From sequence record PZ445517.1: DNA of 64,000 bases. One strand, 5' to 3'. A program made the translations under genes and the position numbers. Of this stretch, positions 9,360-18,752 are shown one piece after another; the stretch's first letter is position 1, and every line of letters starts with the position of its first letter. This stretch comes from a phage. The notes beneath the pieces are model-generated. The model was not told the origin of the DNA. It saw only the letters and a program-made list of their open reading frames with translations, and made no database searches.

Positions 9360-9642
9360 GAGAAATAATTCCTTGGTAAGCCCAATAAGGAGGATTAACA
9401 GAATCCTCACCAGAGTTTTCTTCAGGAAAATAAACCTGGATAACAAATCCAGACGCATCAAAGGTAAAATAAACCGTAGGTAGTTCACCTAACAATTCGG
9501 CACGAGTATTAATTTCTTCGAGATCTCGTTCACGTCCAGCCCAAAAACTAGGATTTAGACTACATTCGTAAAAATAATAGTCATTACCGAACATATCAAA
9601 ACCCTTCCAACTCTCTACCACATACCGCTCAAAACTAATCAT
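9331..9642 (-). CDS. hypothetical protein (103 aa)
   Basis: track ORF; 3-prime end overlaps the nrdH start region. Confidence 0.5.
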   Translation of the reverse strand: MISFERYVVESWKGFDMFGNDYYFYECSLNPSFWAGRERDLEEINTRAELLGELPTVYFTFDASGFVIQVYFPEENSGEDSVNPPYWAYQGIISRGTKLELKE

Positions 9643-9644
9643 AA

Positions 9645-9860
9645 TTAAGCCTTTTTATCAAGAACAGAATTCAGTTTGTTAGTAATTTTATCCAGACGCT
9701 CATTAAACTCACTAGAAGATAAGCCCTTTTCTGGAGAAATTAAACTAATAACGAAAAATATAGCAATAAAAGGAATAAGGAAAATAGCTCCAACTGCCAT
9801 AAACAGAAAGAATGTTACAGTTGTAAGAAAATCAGCTAAACCTTTACGAAATTTATACAT
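9645..9860 (-). CDS. small membrane protein (71 aa)
   Basis: track ORF; central hydrophobic segment FFLFMAVGAIFLIPFIAIFFVISLI. Confidence 0.5.
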   Translation of the reverse strand: MYKFRKGLADFLTTVTFFLFMAVGAIFLIPFIAIFFVISLISPEKGLSSSEFNERLDKITNKLNSVLDKKA

Positions 9861-9975
9861 ATTTTACCCTTAATTAATTAACAAAGCATTGATAAGTACT
9901 AAACTATATTGGGAATAAAATTCTGGACCAAAATGAAAAATCATATCATTTATAGTATCCATAATGCAATTCAAT

Positions 9976-10446
9976 TTAATCATGTTTCCACACCCCATCG
10001 GTATTTGACCAAAGTCGCTGATTATCTGATCCTCGCCACAGCTTTTTAGTCGGAAGATTTTTCTCATACTTCCCATCAATAATAACATCAACATATTTAA
10101 GCATTTCTAGTTGTTTAATATCTTCAAACTTATATCCTGTCCACAACCAAATGCTTTTATTGGGATAAAGATTTTTAATAGTTTGAACCACAGAGTGAAT
10201 CACGTCTCTGTTATCAGGATAAAGAGGGTCACCTCCGGTTATAGTCAATCCTTCTATATAATCATTATTCAAACATTCAATTAATTGTTCTAGTGTTTCA
10301 CCAGTGAATGGAACACCATTTCTAGCATTCCATGTTGATTTATTATAACACCCTTCGCATTTATGCAAACAACCCGTAACGAAAAGAACTGTCCTGCATC
10401 CAGGACCATTAACAAAGCAGCACGGGTATATTCTGTCATAATTCAT
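9976..10446 (-). CDS. nrdG: NrdG anaerobic ribonucleotide reductase activating protein (radical SAM)
   Basis: 156 aa; CxxxCxxC-type cysteine cluster (GCLHKCEGCYN); ATG verified. Confidence 0.95.
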   Translation of the reverse strand: MNYDRIYPCCFVNGPGCRTVLFVTGCLHKCEGCYNKSTWNARNGVPFTGETLEQLIECLNNDYIEGLTITGGDPLYPDNRDVIHSVVQTIKNLYPNKSIWLWTGYKFEDIKQLEMLKYVDVIIDGKYEKNLPTKKLWRGSDNQRLWSNTDGVWKHD

Positions 10447-11275
10447 TTATATATTTCCAATTATAGCCTTCAACACTTTTACGTTCGCCATTTAAACATT
10501 TTAAAATATTTCCTTTGCTAGAAATATTAAAATATTTTGCTGCGTCTGGTATATAATTAAATGTTTTTAAAAGAACACCATCTTTATATGCGCCAAATAA
10601 ATTAAGAGTATATTTTTCTCGAAGACGCTGATGTTTCCTTTTCATAACCTCAGGATTTGCATACGCCAACTTCAATGAATTTCTGTGTTTTTCTTTTACT
10701 TCAGGTTTTTGCATTGCTAACTTAGTTAGCCTGGAAATTTTATTTCTAACTTCGTCAGTTTTCATTGCATTTGACAAATTTAATAAAGTTTTATTTCTAA
10801 CTTCAGGTTTTTGCATTGCTAACTTAGTTAGTTCTCTATGTCTTTTTCTAAAATCGTCATCCTTCCATATATTTTTCGATAATTTTGACATAGAGCGGTG
10901 AAATAATTCCTTTTCACTGGAATACAATTTAAAAATTTCATCCAATTCATCCGCATTAAATCTATCGGTATTCGAGTTTATCATTCTATGAAAGGCATAA
11001 CACATTTTACTATTGCTTGTTTTAGCTAAATAGTAATGAGCTAACGCATGGTCATAATATGACAAATTAACAATATTCCATTTATCTGTTTTATATTCAG
11101 GAAATATAGATTTGGGAAGCACGTGATGTGCTTCCGTTTTTCCTTTTATTTTAGGATTATTATAATTTTTTGTTATCAAATCAACATATGACAATAGTAA
11201 ATCATTATTTTCTTCAAATATTAAAGCTAATTTATCATTCACAAAATCGCAAGGATAAAATCTATCATAATTCAT
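10436..11275 (-). CDS. HNH homing endonuclease with C-terminal tandem DNA-binding repeats
   Basis: 279 aa; EAHHVLPKS...YDHALAH HNH region; 27-bp direct repeat in coding DNA gives LTKLAMQKPEV twice; first 14 codons near-identical to nrdG; ATG verified. Confidence 0.85.
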   Translation of the reverse strand: MNYDRFYPCDFVNDKLALIFEENNDLLLSYVDLITKNYNNPKIKGKTEAHHVLPKSIFPEYKTDKWNIVNLSYYDHALAHYYLAKTSNSKMCYAFHRMINSNTDRFNADELDEIFKLYSSEKELFHRSMSKLSKNIWKDDDFRKRHRELTKLAMQKPEVRNKTLLNLSNAMKTDEVRNKISRLTKLAMQKPEVKEKHRNSLKLAYANPEVMKRKHQRLREKYTLNLFGAYKDGVLLKTFNYIPDAAKYFNISSKGNILKCLNGERKSVEGYNWKYINEL

Positions 11276-13089
11276 TGGTGTTTAACCCTATGCATGATTT
11301 CTTTATTTTTACCGAGATTAAATCCGCGTTCATTCGGATTTCCCAAATAACCACATGTTCTTCTTATTGTGTTCATCTTTTTAGGATCAGTTTCTCCACA
11401 GATAGAACAAACAAATCCGTTTTCAGTAGGAGTCATTTCATGGGTACTTCCGCATGTAAAACACTTATCTACTGGCATATTAACACCAAAATAATCTAAA
11501 TGCTGTGCAGCATAATCCCACACGGCCTCAAGACCTTTTAAGTTATTTTTCATATCTGGAAGTTCAACATAAGAAATGTGACCGCCGGTCGCTATGAAAT
11601 GATAAGGCGCTTCACGAGAAATCTTTTCAAACGGAGTAATATTTTCTTCTACTGAAACATGGAAACTGTTAGTGTACCAGCCTTTATCGGTAACATCCTT
11701 TACACTTCCATATTTTTCTGTATCGAGTTTACAGAAGCGATAACAAAGGTTTTCAGCAGGAGTAGAATACAAGCTAAAAGCAAATCCAGTTCTTTCAGTC
11801 CACTGTTTAAGACGAGCATTCATTTTAGTTAAAATTTCTCGTCCAATATCACGACCTACAAGAATATTCAATTCGTGAATACCAATGTATCCTAGAGACA
11901 CTGAACTTCTGCCATTTTTAAATAACTCAATTATATCGTCATCAGGTTTAAGACGAACCCCGAATGCACCTTCTTGGTAAAGAATAGGAGCAACAGTCGC
12001 TTTAACTCCTTTTAAGGAACTAATTCTACACATCAAAGCTTCAAAACACAAATCCATTCGTTCATTGAACAATTCAACAAATTTCTGTTCATTGAATTGT
12101 GTTCCAATATAAGAATCTAACGCGATACGAGGAAGATTCAGTGTTACAACACCGAGATTATTACGTCCATCAAGAATTTCATTACCAGTCGAATCTTTCC
12201 ATACACTCAAGAAACTACGGCAACCCATTGGAGAAACAGGAATAGATGAACCGGTGATAGCTTTATTATTCTTAACTGAAATAATATCAGGATACATTCT
12301 TTTGCTTGCGCATTCTAGAGCGAGCTGCTTAATATCATAGTTCGGATCGTCTTTATAAAGATTAACACCTTCTTCAACGAACATAACAAGCTTAGGGAAA
12401 ATAGGAGTTATCCCATCACGGCCAAGACCTTTAATACGATTTTTCAGAATTGCTTTCTGAATCATTCGTTCAGTCCAGTCAGTTCCCGTACCAAACGTAA
12501 TTGTTACAAAAGGCGTTTGTCCGTTTGAACTAAAGAGAGTATTTACTTCATATTCATAAGCTTGGAATGCATCGTATACGTCTTTTTCTGTTTTAGATTG
12601 GGCGTAATTCAACGCATCAGCGATTTGCCATTTTTCTGCGTCCTCAATATGTTTTGCATAGGTGCGTTTAACATAAGGAGAAAGTACTTTATCTACATTC
12701 GCAAAAGTCGTTCCGCCATATTGATGAGAAGCAACCTGTGCAGTAATTTGTGCCATAATTGCAGTAGCAACGCCGATTGATTTAGGAGTTTCAATCTGTG
12801 CATTACCGAGCTTAAATCCGTTCTCAAGCATTCCTTTTAAATCTACTAAACAGCAATTAGTAAATGGAAGAGCAGGGGAATAATCAATATCATGGAAATG
12901 GATAATTCCGCTTTCATGCGCTTTCATAATAAAAGACGGGACCATATTTTTGGCAATGTGTTTAGACACAATACCAGCCATAAGGTCCCGTTGAGTTGGA
13001 AAAACACGAGAATCTTTATTAGCATTCTCGTTTAAAAGGTCTTTATTAGTTTTATGAATCAATCCTTCAATTTCTTTTTCAATTGTCAT
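11272..13089 (-). CDS. nrdD: NrdD anaerobic ribonucleoside-triphosphate reductase (intron-less)
   Basis: 605 aa continuous ORF; C-terminal glycyl radical and zinc-ribbon region (CFTCGSTHEMTPTENGFVCSICG, RRTCGYLG); ATG verified. Confidence 0.97.
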   Translation of the reverse strand: MTIEKEIEGLIHKTNKDLLNENANKDSRVFPTQRDLMAGIVSKHIAKNMVPSFIMKAHESGIIHFHDIDYSPALPFTNCCLVDLKGMLENGFKLGNAQIETPKSIGVATAIMAQITAQVASHQYGGTTFANVDKVLSPYVKRTYAKHIEDAEKWQIADALNYAQSKTEKDVYDAFQAYEYEVNTLFSSNGQTPFVTITFGTGTDWTERMIQKAILKNRIKGLGRDGITPIFPKLVMFVEEGVNLYKDDPNYDIKQLALECASKRMYPDIISVKNNKAITGSSIPVSPMGCRSFLSVWKDSTGNEILDGRNNLGVVTLNLPRIALDSYIGTQFNEQKFVELFNERMDLCFEALMCRISSLKGVKATVAPILYQEGAFGVRLKPDDDIIELFKNGRSSVSLGYIGIHELNILVGRDIGREILTKMNARLKQWTERTGFAFSLYSTPAENLCYRFCKLDTEKYGSVKDVTDKGWYTNSFHVSVEENITPFEKISREAPYHFIATGGHISYVELPDMKNNLKGLEAVWDYAAQHLDYFGVNMPVDKCFTCGSTHEMTPTENGFVCSICGETDPKKMNTIRRTCGYLGNPNERGFNLGKNKEIMHRVKHQ

Positions 13090-13559
13090 TTTAAACTCTT
13101 TCTAAGCTGCTTCTTAAATGAAGCTATTAATTGTGTTTTAGTGTCAGATTCATTATATTCAAATCCTCTTTGAAGCATCTCAGCCATCATTTCCTCTTTT
13201 CCTAAACGAGAAAATTCCTTTGATTTATCTCCAACGAAGTTAGGGTGAATATTATTTTGGGTGTAATCGGATTTTAAATAAGTAAGTAAATTTTCTAACC
13301 ATTCAAGATAATCAACGCCTTGTCCCTTTAAGCCGGAACGATTAAATTTGTGCTTCATTTGACCTTCCGCAGCATTGCAAAGATTACAGAGCAATCCACG
13401 TACCTTTCCTGCTTTTGGTCCATTTAATTCATGGTCATGGTCAAGGTGATTAGCTTGAACATCAGGATTTAGTTCTCGTTGGCAAATTAAGCATTTACCA
13501 TTTTGTGCATTATAAAATTTTTGTTTTTCTTCTTTATATAATTTGCCAGTCAATAACAT
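13086..13559 (-). CDS. 49: gp49 endonuclease VII (Holliday junction resolvase)
   Basis: 157 aa; matches my recall of T4 endo VII (MLLTGKLYKEEKQKF...CLICQRELNPDVQANHLDHDHELNG). Confidence 0.97.
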   Translation of the reverse strand: MLLTGKLYKEEKQKFYNAQNGKCLICQRELNPDVQANHLDHDHELNGPKAGKVRGLLCNLCNAAEGQMKHKFNRSGLKGQGVDYLEWLENLLTYLKSDYTQNNIHPNFVGDKSKEFSRLGKEEMMAEMLQRGFEYNESDTKTQLIASFKKQLRKSLK

Positions 13560-13607
13560 AATAAAACCCTTACCTTAAATAGATAAGGGTATTTATTATT
13601 TCAAGTA

Positions 13608-14054
13608 TTAAAACGCTCGGTCAGAAAAAGAAATTTGAGTTTCAAGCCATTCAATATATTCTGCCGCGGCTTGCATTAAATTTCCTTCATAACCATCGTT
13701 ATTTTCTTGTGCAGCTAATTTAGCTAATGCATATGAAATGCGTTCACCTTGAAAAGCGGCTTTAGGTTTATGAATAACTTGATCAACTCGTTCTACGACC
13801 TCTTCAATTTCGCCATTTTCTACTGATTCAGTATTCCACAAGCACCAATACGTAATTGGCTTATCGTAGATGTTAATAATCTTTCCATCAGAAAGTTCAA
13901 TTTCAATAATTCCAGTATCAGGTTCTATATCATCTTCGCATTCTTTTGCAAGTTCACGAACTTTAAAGACAGTACCTGCACTAAGTTCCGGCCAATAATT
14001 ACACAGCCCTTTATCAGCACGATTAATTCTAAACCACTTATCTACTGTAATCAT
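13608..14054 (-). CDS. pin: Pin, inhibitor of host Lon protease
   Basis: track ORF begins with TTG; trimmed to first ATG (MITVDKWFRIN...) with GGAG SD. Confidence 0.8.
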   Translation of the reverse strand: MITVDKWFRINRADKGLCNYWPELSAGTVFKVRELAKECEDDIEPDTGIIEIELSDGKIINIYDKPITYWCLWNTESVENGEIEEVVERVDQVIHKPKAAFQGERISYALAKLAAQENNDGYEGNLMQAAAEYIEWLETQISFSDRAF

Positions 14055-14177
14055 GCCCCATCTCCATATCAATTAAGTCATTTATCGTTGGTTCATTATA
14101 TACTGTTTCTTCATCAGTGTAAACCGGTTCTTCCGGCTCTGGCTCTACTGTTTCCCATCTAGCCGCCCACCAAGGTT

Positions 14178-14498
14178 TTATAGCGTAATCCATTCTCGTA
14201 CTGTCTGAGTTACTACACGTTCACAGGGCTCGACTAGTTCAACAGTCGGAACTGCATAATACCAGTCAGAATGGTAAGAACCTGAGCGAGATTCATTTAC
14301 AGACACATGAACGTTATGTTTTGGACTAAAATAAACGCACTGCCGATATTGGCATTTGCCATCTTGTACCCAATCTTCTATTTCGATAGGTTTAAGATAA
14401 TCCGAAAAATCGAAATCATAATTTTCTGAAAATGCATCGTGGTCTTCGATGATTTCACTCAGAACTGCATCAATATCTAATTTATTTTCAATATTCAT
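14178..14498 (-). CDS. hypothetical acidic protein (106 aa)
   Basis: track ORF. Confidence 0.5.
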   Translation of the reverse strand: MNIENKLDIDAVLSEIIEDHDAFSENYDFDFSDYLKPIEIEDWVQDGKCQYRQCVYFSPKHNVHVSVNESRSGSYHSDWYYAVPTVELVEPCERVVTQTVREWITL

Positions 14499-14508
14499 TT
14501 TTCACCAA

Positions 14509-14703
14509 TTAATTTCGCAATTTATTAAGTTCTTCATAATCAATCCAGGATTCTAGTCCTGACGGCAAATCAGATTCAATTTCCCAAAGAAGCTCTTCAA
14601 TTTTCTGAAGACGATCTAATTCTTCAGCTGGAATAGTAACCATTGATGGAGTTCTTGATACACTAATATCGTAAATCATATTTACCCCAGTTTGACCATA
14701 CAA
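14509..14703 (-). CDS. hypothetical protein (64 aa)
   Basis: track ORF. Confidence 0.4.
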   Translation of the reverse strand: MYGQTGVNMIYDISVSRTPSMVTIPAEELDRLQKIEELLWEIESDLPSGLESWIDYEELNKLRN

Positions 14704-14897
14704 TCACCGTATTTCCACTTAGAAATAGACTTTTCACCATTAGAATAATAAACTTCAAGTTTAGCACGATTATTTTTAATTTGAATAACCTTGGCTGTCA
14801 TCAAAGTTCCATACCCATAGTAAACTGCAACTTCATCACCTACATATACCGCGCTTCCGCGGTAATCGTGAATATAGTCAGTTCCTTCGAGCATCAT
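14682..14897 (-). CDS. hypothetical protein (71 aa)
   Basis: track ORF; stop overlaps next start. Confidence 0.45.
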   Translation of the reverse strand: MMLEGTDYIHDYRGSAVYVGDEVAVYYGYGTLMTAKVIQIKNNRAKLEVYYSNGEKSISKWKYGDCMVKLG

Positions 14898-15157
14898 TTA
14901 AAATATTCTCGCAGTTGGTCAAATCCACCAATATGACTTCCATCAGGAGCAAATACCTGAGGCATTGTCAAGCCGATTTGAGTATCACGACCTAGTTTCG
15001 TTAGAAGCTCAGCGATTTTCTCATCATCAAAAACACCTTTTTCCGGCATAATGTTGATAAATTCAAACGGCTGTTTCTTCACGGTCAAAAGACGTTTTGC
15101 ATTATCGCAATACACACATTTGTGAATGTTGCTATCATAACCATATACTTTAAACAT
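14894..15157 (-). CDS. nrdC: NrdC thioredoxin
   Basis: 87 aa; CVYC redox motif; matches my recall of T4 thioredoxin. Confidence 0.95.
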   Translation of the reverse strand: MFKVYGYDSNIHKCVYCDNAKRLLTVKKQPFEFINIMPEKGVFDDEKIAELLTKLGRDTQIGLTMPQVFAPDGSHIGGFDQLREYFK

Positions 15158-15158
15158 A

Positions 15159-15416
15159 TTATTCCTTAATTCCTAGTACTTGTTTAAAAGTCTCGTCATA
15201 ATCAAGACTTTGGCCCGTTTGTTCTTTATGTTTGTATATAATATCACTTACTTCTGATAGCATATTTTTATATGAACGAGTTAAAGCAGATTTAAGCACG
15301 CTGTATCTATCAGGAAATTTACCATGTTCATTATAATAAGCTATTGCTAATTCACGGACTGCCTTTTCAGCAGTCTCCATATATTCTTTACGCTTGGTCA
15401 TTTTCTTCTCTGTCAA
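15159..15416 (-). CDS. hypothetical protein (85 aa)
   Basis: track ORF. Confidence 0.5.
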
Positions 15417-15684
15417 ATCGGTGTTTACAATGACGACATTTATAACGAAGATTACTAGTCTGCCAATGAACTAATTGTACCTGTTCAGTACCGCATTCAG
15501 GACAATTAGGAACGCTTTTAGAAGCCCTTTCGCGACGTTCAACCATAGCCATAATGGCATCCCAAGCTGGAGGTTTAAAATCTAAATCGTCAGTAACTAG
15601 CAGTCCTTTATCAAACCCAGCGCATGGAGTCCATTCAGGAAAATCTGAAGCTTCGGCAATATCTTCTAATAAACGCTTTTTCAT
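15388..15684 (-). CDS. zinc-ribbon protein (98 aa)
   Basis: CPECG...CRHCKH paired cysteine motifs. Confidence 0.5.
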
Positions 15685-16607
15685 TTCAGTACCTCAATAG
15701 CATCACGTAAACCATTTGCTTTGGCGGTTAAAGCCTTAATAACTTTAGTATGCTCTTCAATCTGTTTTTCAACTTCAATCAAACGGGCACTGAGATATTC
15801 GCGTTCTTCTTTCATAGTATCATTCCCATGATTGGGCTTTGGCGTAGATTTAAATTTACTAGGGTCCTTTAACTTAATAACAACTTTAGTTTCAAACAGT
15901 GAAAGACCATAATTTGTATTATCATCAAAGGATTCAACTACGTCCATTTTAGATAATAACGTGCGAAGATTATAAGTCAAAGAACGAATCGTTTTATTAT
16001 GTTTATTAGCTTCGCACGGTTTCATATATGGAAGATTTTTATATATTTCATGCGGAGCACAAACAATAATTGACAATTCAAATGGTCCATTCTGTGATGA
16101 TGGAATGAATTTAGCTGTAACCCAATCTTTTACATTTACATTAATAGTACGGTCATCGCCATGACAAAACAGTCTACGAGAATGCTTAAAAAGCATATTC
16201 ACGTTATTATTAAATTCATGTGAAAACTCACTAGCAAATTTTTCTTTACTATTTTTAGAAAACCATTCTTCTAAATAAGTTCTTTTCACGTCATTAATAA
16301 TATTAAATGTAACAACATTAGCATTTGATACATTAGTCTCAATGTAGCTTGGATACATAAATTTTTTAACATTATTAACAGCTATCACAGAAGATAGTAA
16401 TCGGGAACGTTTGAACCACTCTAGCAAAGAACCAAGAGAATGTGAATATGCATTTTGTGTATCTTTACAAATATGGTTTTCCCATCCAATATAGTCTAAA
16501 AAATCACGAAGAATATTATTGATTACTGCTCTGTGTCCAATCTGATAACTACGGTGTTTAGTAATAAGACTGTCAAAATAATCAATATAATGTTTACGAG
16601 TTTTCAT
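15681..16607 (-). CDS. hypothetical protein, paralog family member A (C-terminal coiled coil)
   Basis: 308 aa; ATG verified; N-terminus MKTRKHYIDYF; Pro-linker then heptad-like C-terminus. Confidence 0.6.
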   Translation of the reverse strand: MKTRKHYIDYFDSLITKHRSYQIGHRAVINNILRDFLDYIGWENHICKDTQNAYSHSLGSLLEWFKRSRLLSSVIAVNNVKKFMYPSYIETNVSNANVVTFNIINDVKRTYLEEWFSKNSKEKFASEFSHEFNNNVNMLFKHSRRLFCHGDDRTINVNVKDWVTAKFIPSSQNGPFELSIIVCAPHEIYKNLPYMKPCEANKHNKTIRSLTYNLRTLLSKMDVVESFDDNTNYGLSLFETKVVIKLKDPSKFKSTPKPNHGNDTMKEEREYLSARLIEVEKQIEEHTKVIKALTAKANGLRDAIEVLK

Positions 16608-16659
16608 GTTCTTCTCACTTGGTTAATGATTTATGCTCCGAGCCATCCTTGGCTTTAAA

Positions 16660-17661
16660 TTACTTAATTAACTGTAAAGCTTGTTCAAGACGATCCAGGC
16701 GATTAACAGATTCTTCCCAAATCTTTTTAGCCTGCTCATATTCTTTCTGCGCTTTATTAGAAATTTCTAGAACTTCTTTATAAGCTTTTTCTAATGCAAT
16801 AACTTCTGGACGAATTTCTGCCGGTTCAGGCGAATCATCAAGATTATCCATTAGTTCCTCAAGGGTAGTTTCTTCTTTAGGAGTATTCACAATTTCATCA
16901 CATTTTTGTTGGTAAATTTCTTTATCAGTCGGTGAGTACGCACACTTTACTTCACGAAGACTAACTACAATTTTATATCCTTCCCAACCGCATATATTCT
17001 TAAAAGGATATGTATGAATATTTTCTACTGTTTCCATACAAAGTAATGCAGTCTCTAACTGACGAGTTATAGTGCTAGCAATTGAGAAAAATTTATTAAT
17101 ATTCTTTTGGTTAGCGTTTGGTGTAAAAAATCCATAATTCACAAAAATAGCTACTTTATTTTCATCAAGCTCATATTCTTTTACGATAATCATATCAGAA
17201 GCCAAAGGATGAATTTGACGATAATCGCCATAACATAATTTAGAAGCTGATTTTAGAATTTGTCCTTTGAAAAGTCTGAAATTACTAATCCAACGACGAG
17301 TAAAAATATTCTCAGGGTCTTCTTTATTATTAAGATGATAAGAATTAACATCACCGAACCAATTATATCCTACTACATCTTTGGTTCGTTTAATTTCTTT
17401 CCCAAAATTACCAAGAATATCCCGATTAACCAAATATGAAAGAAGACGAGACTCTTTAAAAGTTTTCTTGATAACATCTTTATCTACACGGCTAGAAATT
17501 TTACGAATTTCATGAATAAATTTAGTAGAAGAAACAATACTTGCATCAACACTATTGAGCCATTGATTGATAATAGAAAGAACGATATTTTGACCAAACA
17601 TCGGTATAGCTTTATCATCAATAACGCTATTGAATGATTTGATATATTCGTTACGAGTCAT
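16660..17661 (-). CDS. hypothetical protein, paralog family member B (C-terminal coiled coil)
   Basis: trimmed to ATG at 17659-17661 (MTRNEYIKSF) with GAGGAG SD; upstream track codons are translation of the promoter. Confidence 0.6.
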   Translation of the reverse strand: MTRNEYIKSFNSVIDDKAIPMFGQNIVLSIINQWLNSVDASIVSSTKFIHEIRKISSRVDKDVIKKTFKESRLLSYLVNRDILGNFGKEIKRTKDVVGYNWFGDVNSYHLNNKEDPENIFTRRWISNFRLFKGQILKSASKLCYGDYRQIHPLASDMIIVKEYELDENKVAIFVNYGFFTPNANQKNINKFFSIASTITRQLETALLCMETVENIHTYPFKNICGWEGYKIVVSLREVKCAYSPTDKEIYQQKCDEIVNTPKEETTLEELMDNLDDSPEPAEIRPEVIALEKAYKEVLEISNKAQKEYEQAKKIWEESVNRLDRLEQALQLIK

Positions 17662-17687
17662 ATTAATCTCCTCATTAGAAAGTAAGA

Positions 17688-17722
17688 ACATTATACCACA
17701 TCCTTGTGGCGAAGTAAACTAG
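17688..17722 (-). promoter_or_regulatory. T4-type early promoter
   Basis: minus strand TTTACT - 17 nt - gTATAAT. Confidence 0.55.
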
Positions 17723-18744
17723 TTTAGTGCATTTAGTGCATTGTTCAGTTTAGAACGTTGCTTTGTCAGATTTTGAACCCTTGACTGAGCTTGTTCTAAC
17801 ACCTTTTCAGCTTCTAGCACTTCATTGGTCGCTTTAACGAGTTCATCATCTACTGCCTTAAGAGACTTCTCAATCGCGTCAGCGTGCCATTTTTCTACAG
17901 GTTTAAGACTCGGATTTTCAACAGGAAGAAAATTCACTTTATTGAATTTCCATGCATCATTATTACCTGAACTATACATCCAAAATTTAGAATCGTTTGA
18001 TGAGTAATTGGATAAATTTAAATTTAAATTATCTTGCACTTCTTGCTTTTTCTCTTGCGGGACTTCGTCCTTTCTCAAAAAATCGTATTTAAATGAAACG
18101 ATCATATCAAGTTCATATGTTGTCGTATCTAACTTAAATCGTTCAAAACGAGGTAAAATCTTAGATTGAACAGCAGCAACAACATCCATATACTTAAATG
18201 CTTCTGTCAACTGTGATTTAAGGCATTCACAAATTGAAAGAGAATTTTTTGTATTAGGTTTAAAGCTAATTCGTGCAGTTCTATTATTTTCTTTTAACGG
18301 TCTTACTTCCATCTGAAGAGTATAACCATCAAATTTCAGATTCTTTAAGTTAATATCAGAACCTTTTAATCGACTAGCCGTAGACAAAATTTGCTTTAAT
18401 TGTTTACGGAATAGAGCAATAAATCTCCATTCAAGACGATAATGATTTGGATTAAAAAATCCTGTTGATAAATCAACCTTACTCTGACCAACGCCTTGAA
18501 CAAATAGAGGATTTTTATAATCAATAGTTTTACAGAAATCGGTGAGCTGCTCACGAGCAGTCATTTGTGTAATATATCCCGCTTTACTAAAATGACGTAA
18601 CCATTCACTGCTATTCATATACTTAAAGTGAATATCACGATTAACTTTATCAGGGTCTAAATTATTTTGGCACAAAAATGTCATAACATTACGTGTATAG
18701 CTAGCATTACGAACCATATCTTCAATTTGAGAACGAGTTTTCAT
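17719..18744 (-). CDS. hypothetical protein, paralog family member C (C-terminal coiled coil)
   Basis: 341 aa; ATG verified; N-terminus MKTRSQIEDMV similar to member A. Confidence 0.6.
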   Translation of the reverse strand: MKTRSQIEDMVRNASYTRNVMTFLCQNNLDPDKVNRDIHFKYMNSSEWLRHFSKAGYITQMTAREQLTDFCKTIDYKNPLFVQGVGQSKVDLSTGFFNPNHYRLEWRFIALFRKQLKQILSTASRLKGSDINLKNLKFDGYTLQMEVRPLKENNRTARISFKPNTKNSLSICECLKSQLTEAFKYMDVVAAVQSKILPRFERFKLDTTTYELDMIVSFKYDFLRKDEVPQEKKQEVQDNLNLNLSNYSSNDSKFWMYSSGNNDAWKFNKVNFLPVENPSLKPVEKWHADAIEKSLKAVDDELVKATNEVLEAEKVLEQAQSRVQNLTKQRSKLNNALNALN

Positions 18745-18752
18745 GGTGTTCC

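Noticed and set aside
9870-10094. Track ORF 9870-10094 (74 aa) on the minus strand
   Set aside because: It overlaps the 3-prime part of nrdG in another frame, and nrdG fully accounts for the region.
11170-11499. Plus-strand ORF across the HNH/nrdD junction
   Set aside because: Antisense to two tightly coupled minus-strand genes with no start signals.
11272-13089. Group I intron with a nested endonuclease inside nrdD, as in T4
   Set aside because: nrdD reads as one uninterrupted 605-codon frame with conserved motifs throughout, so no intron is present.
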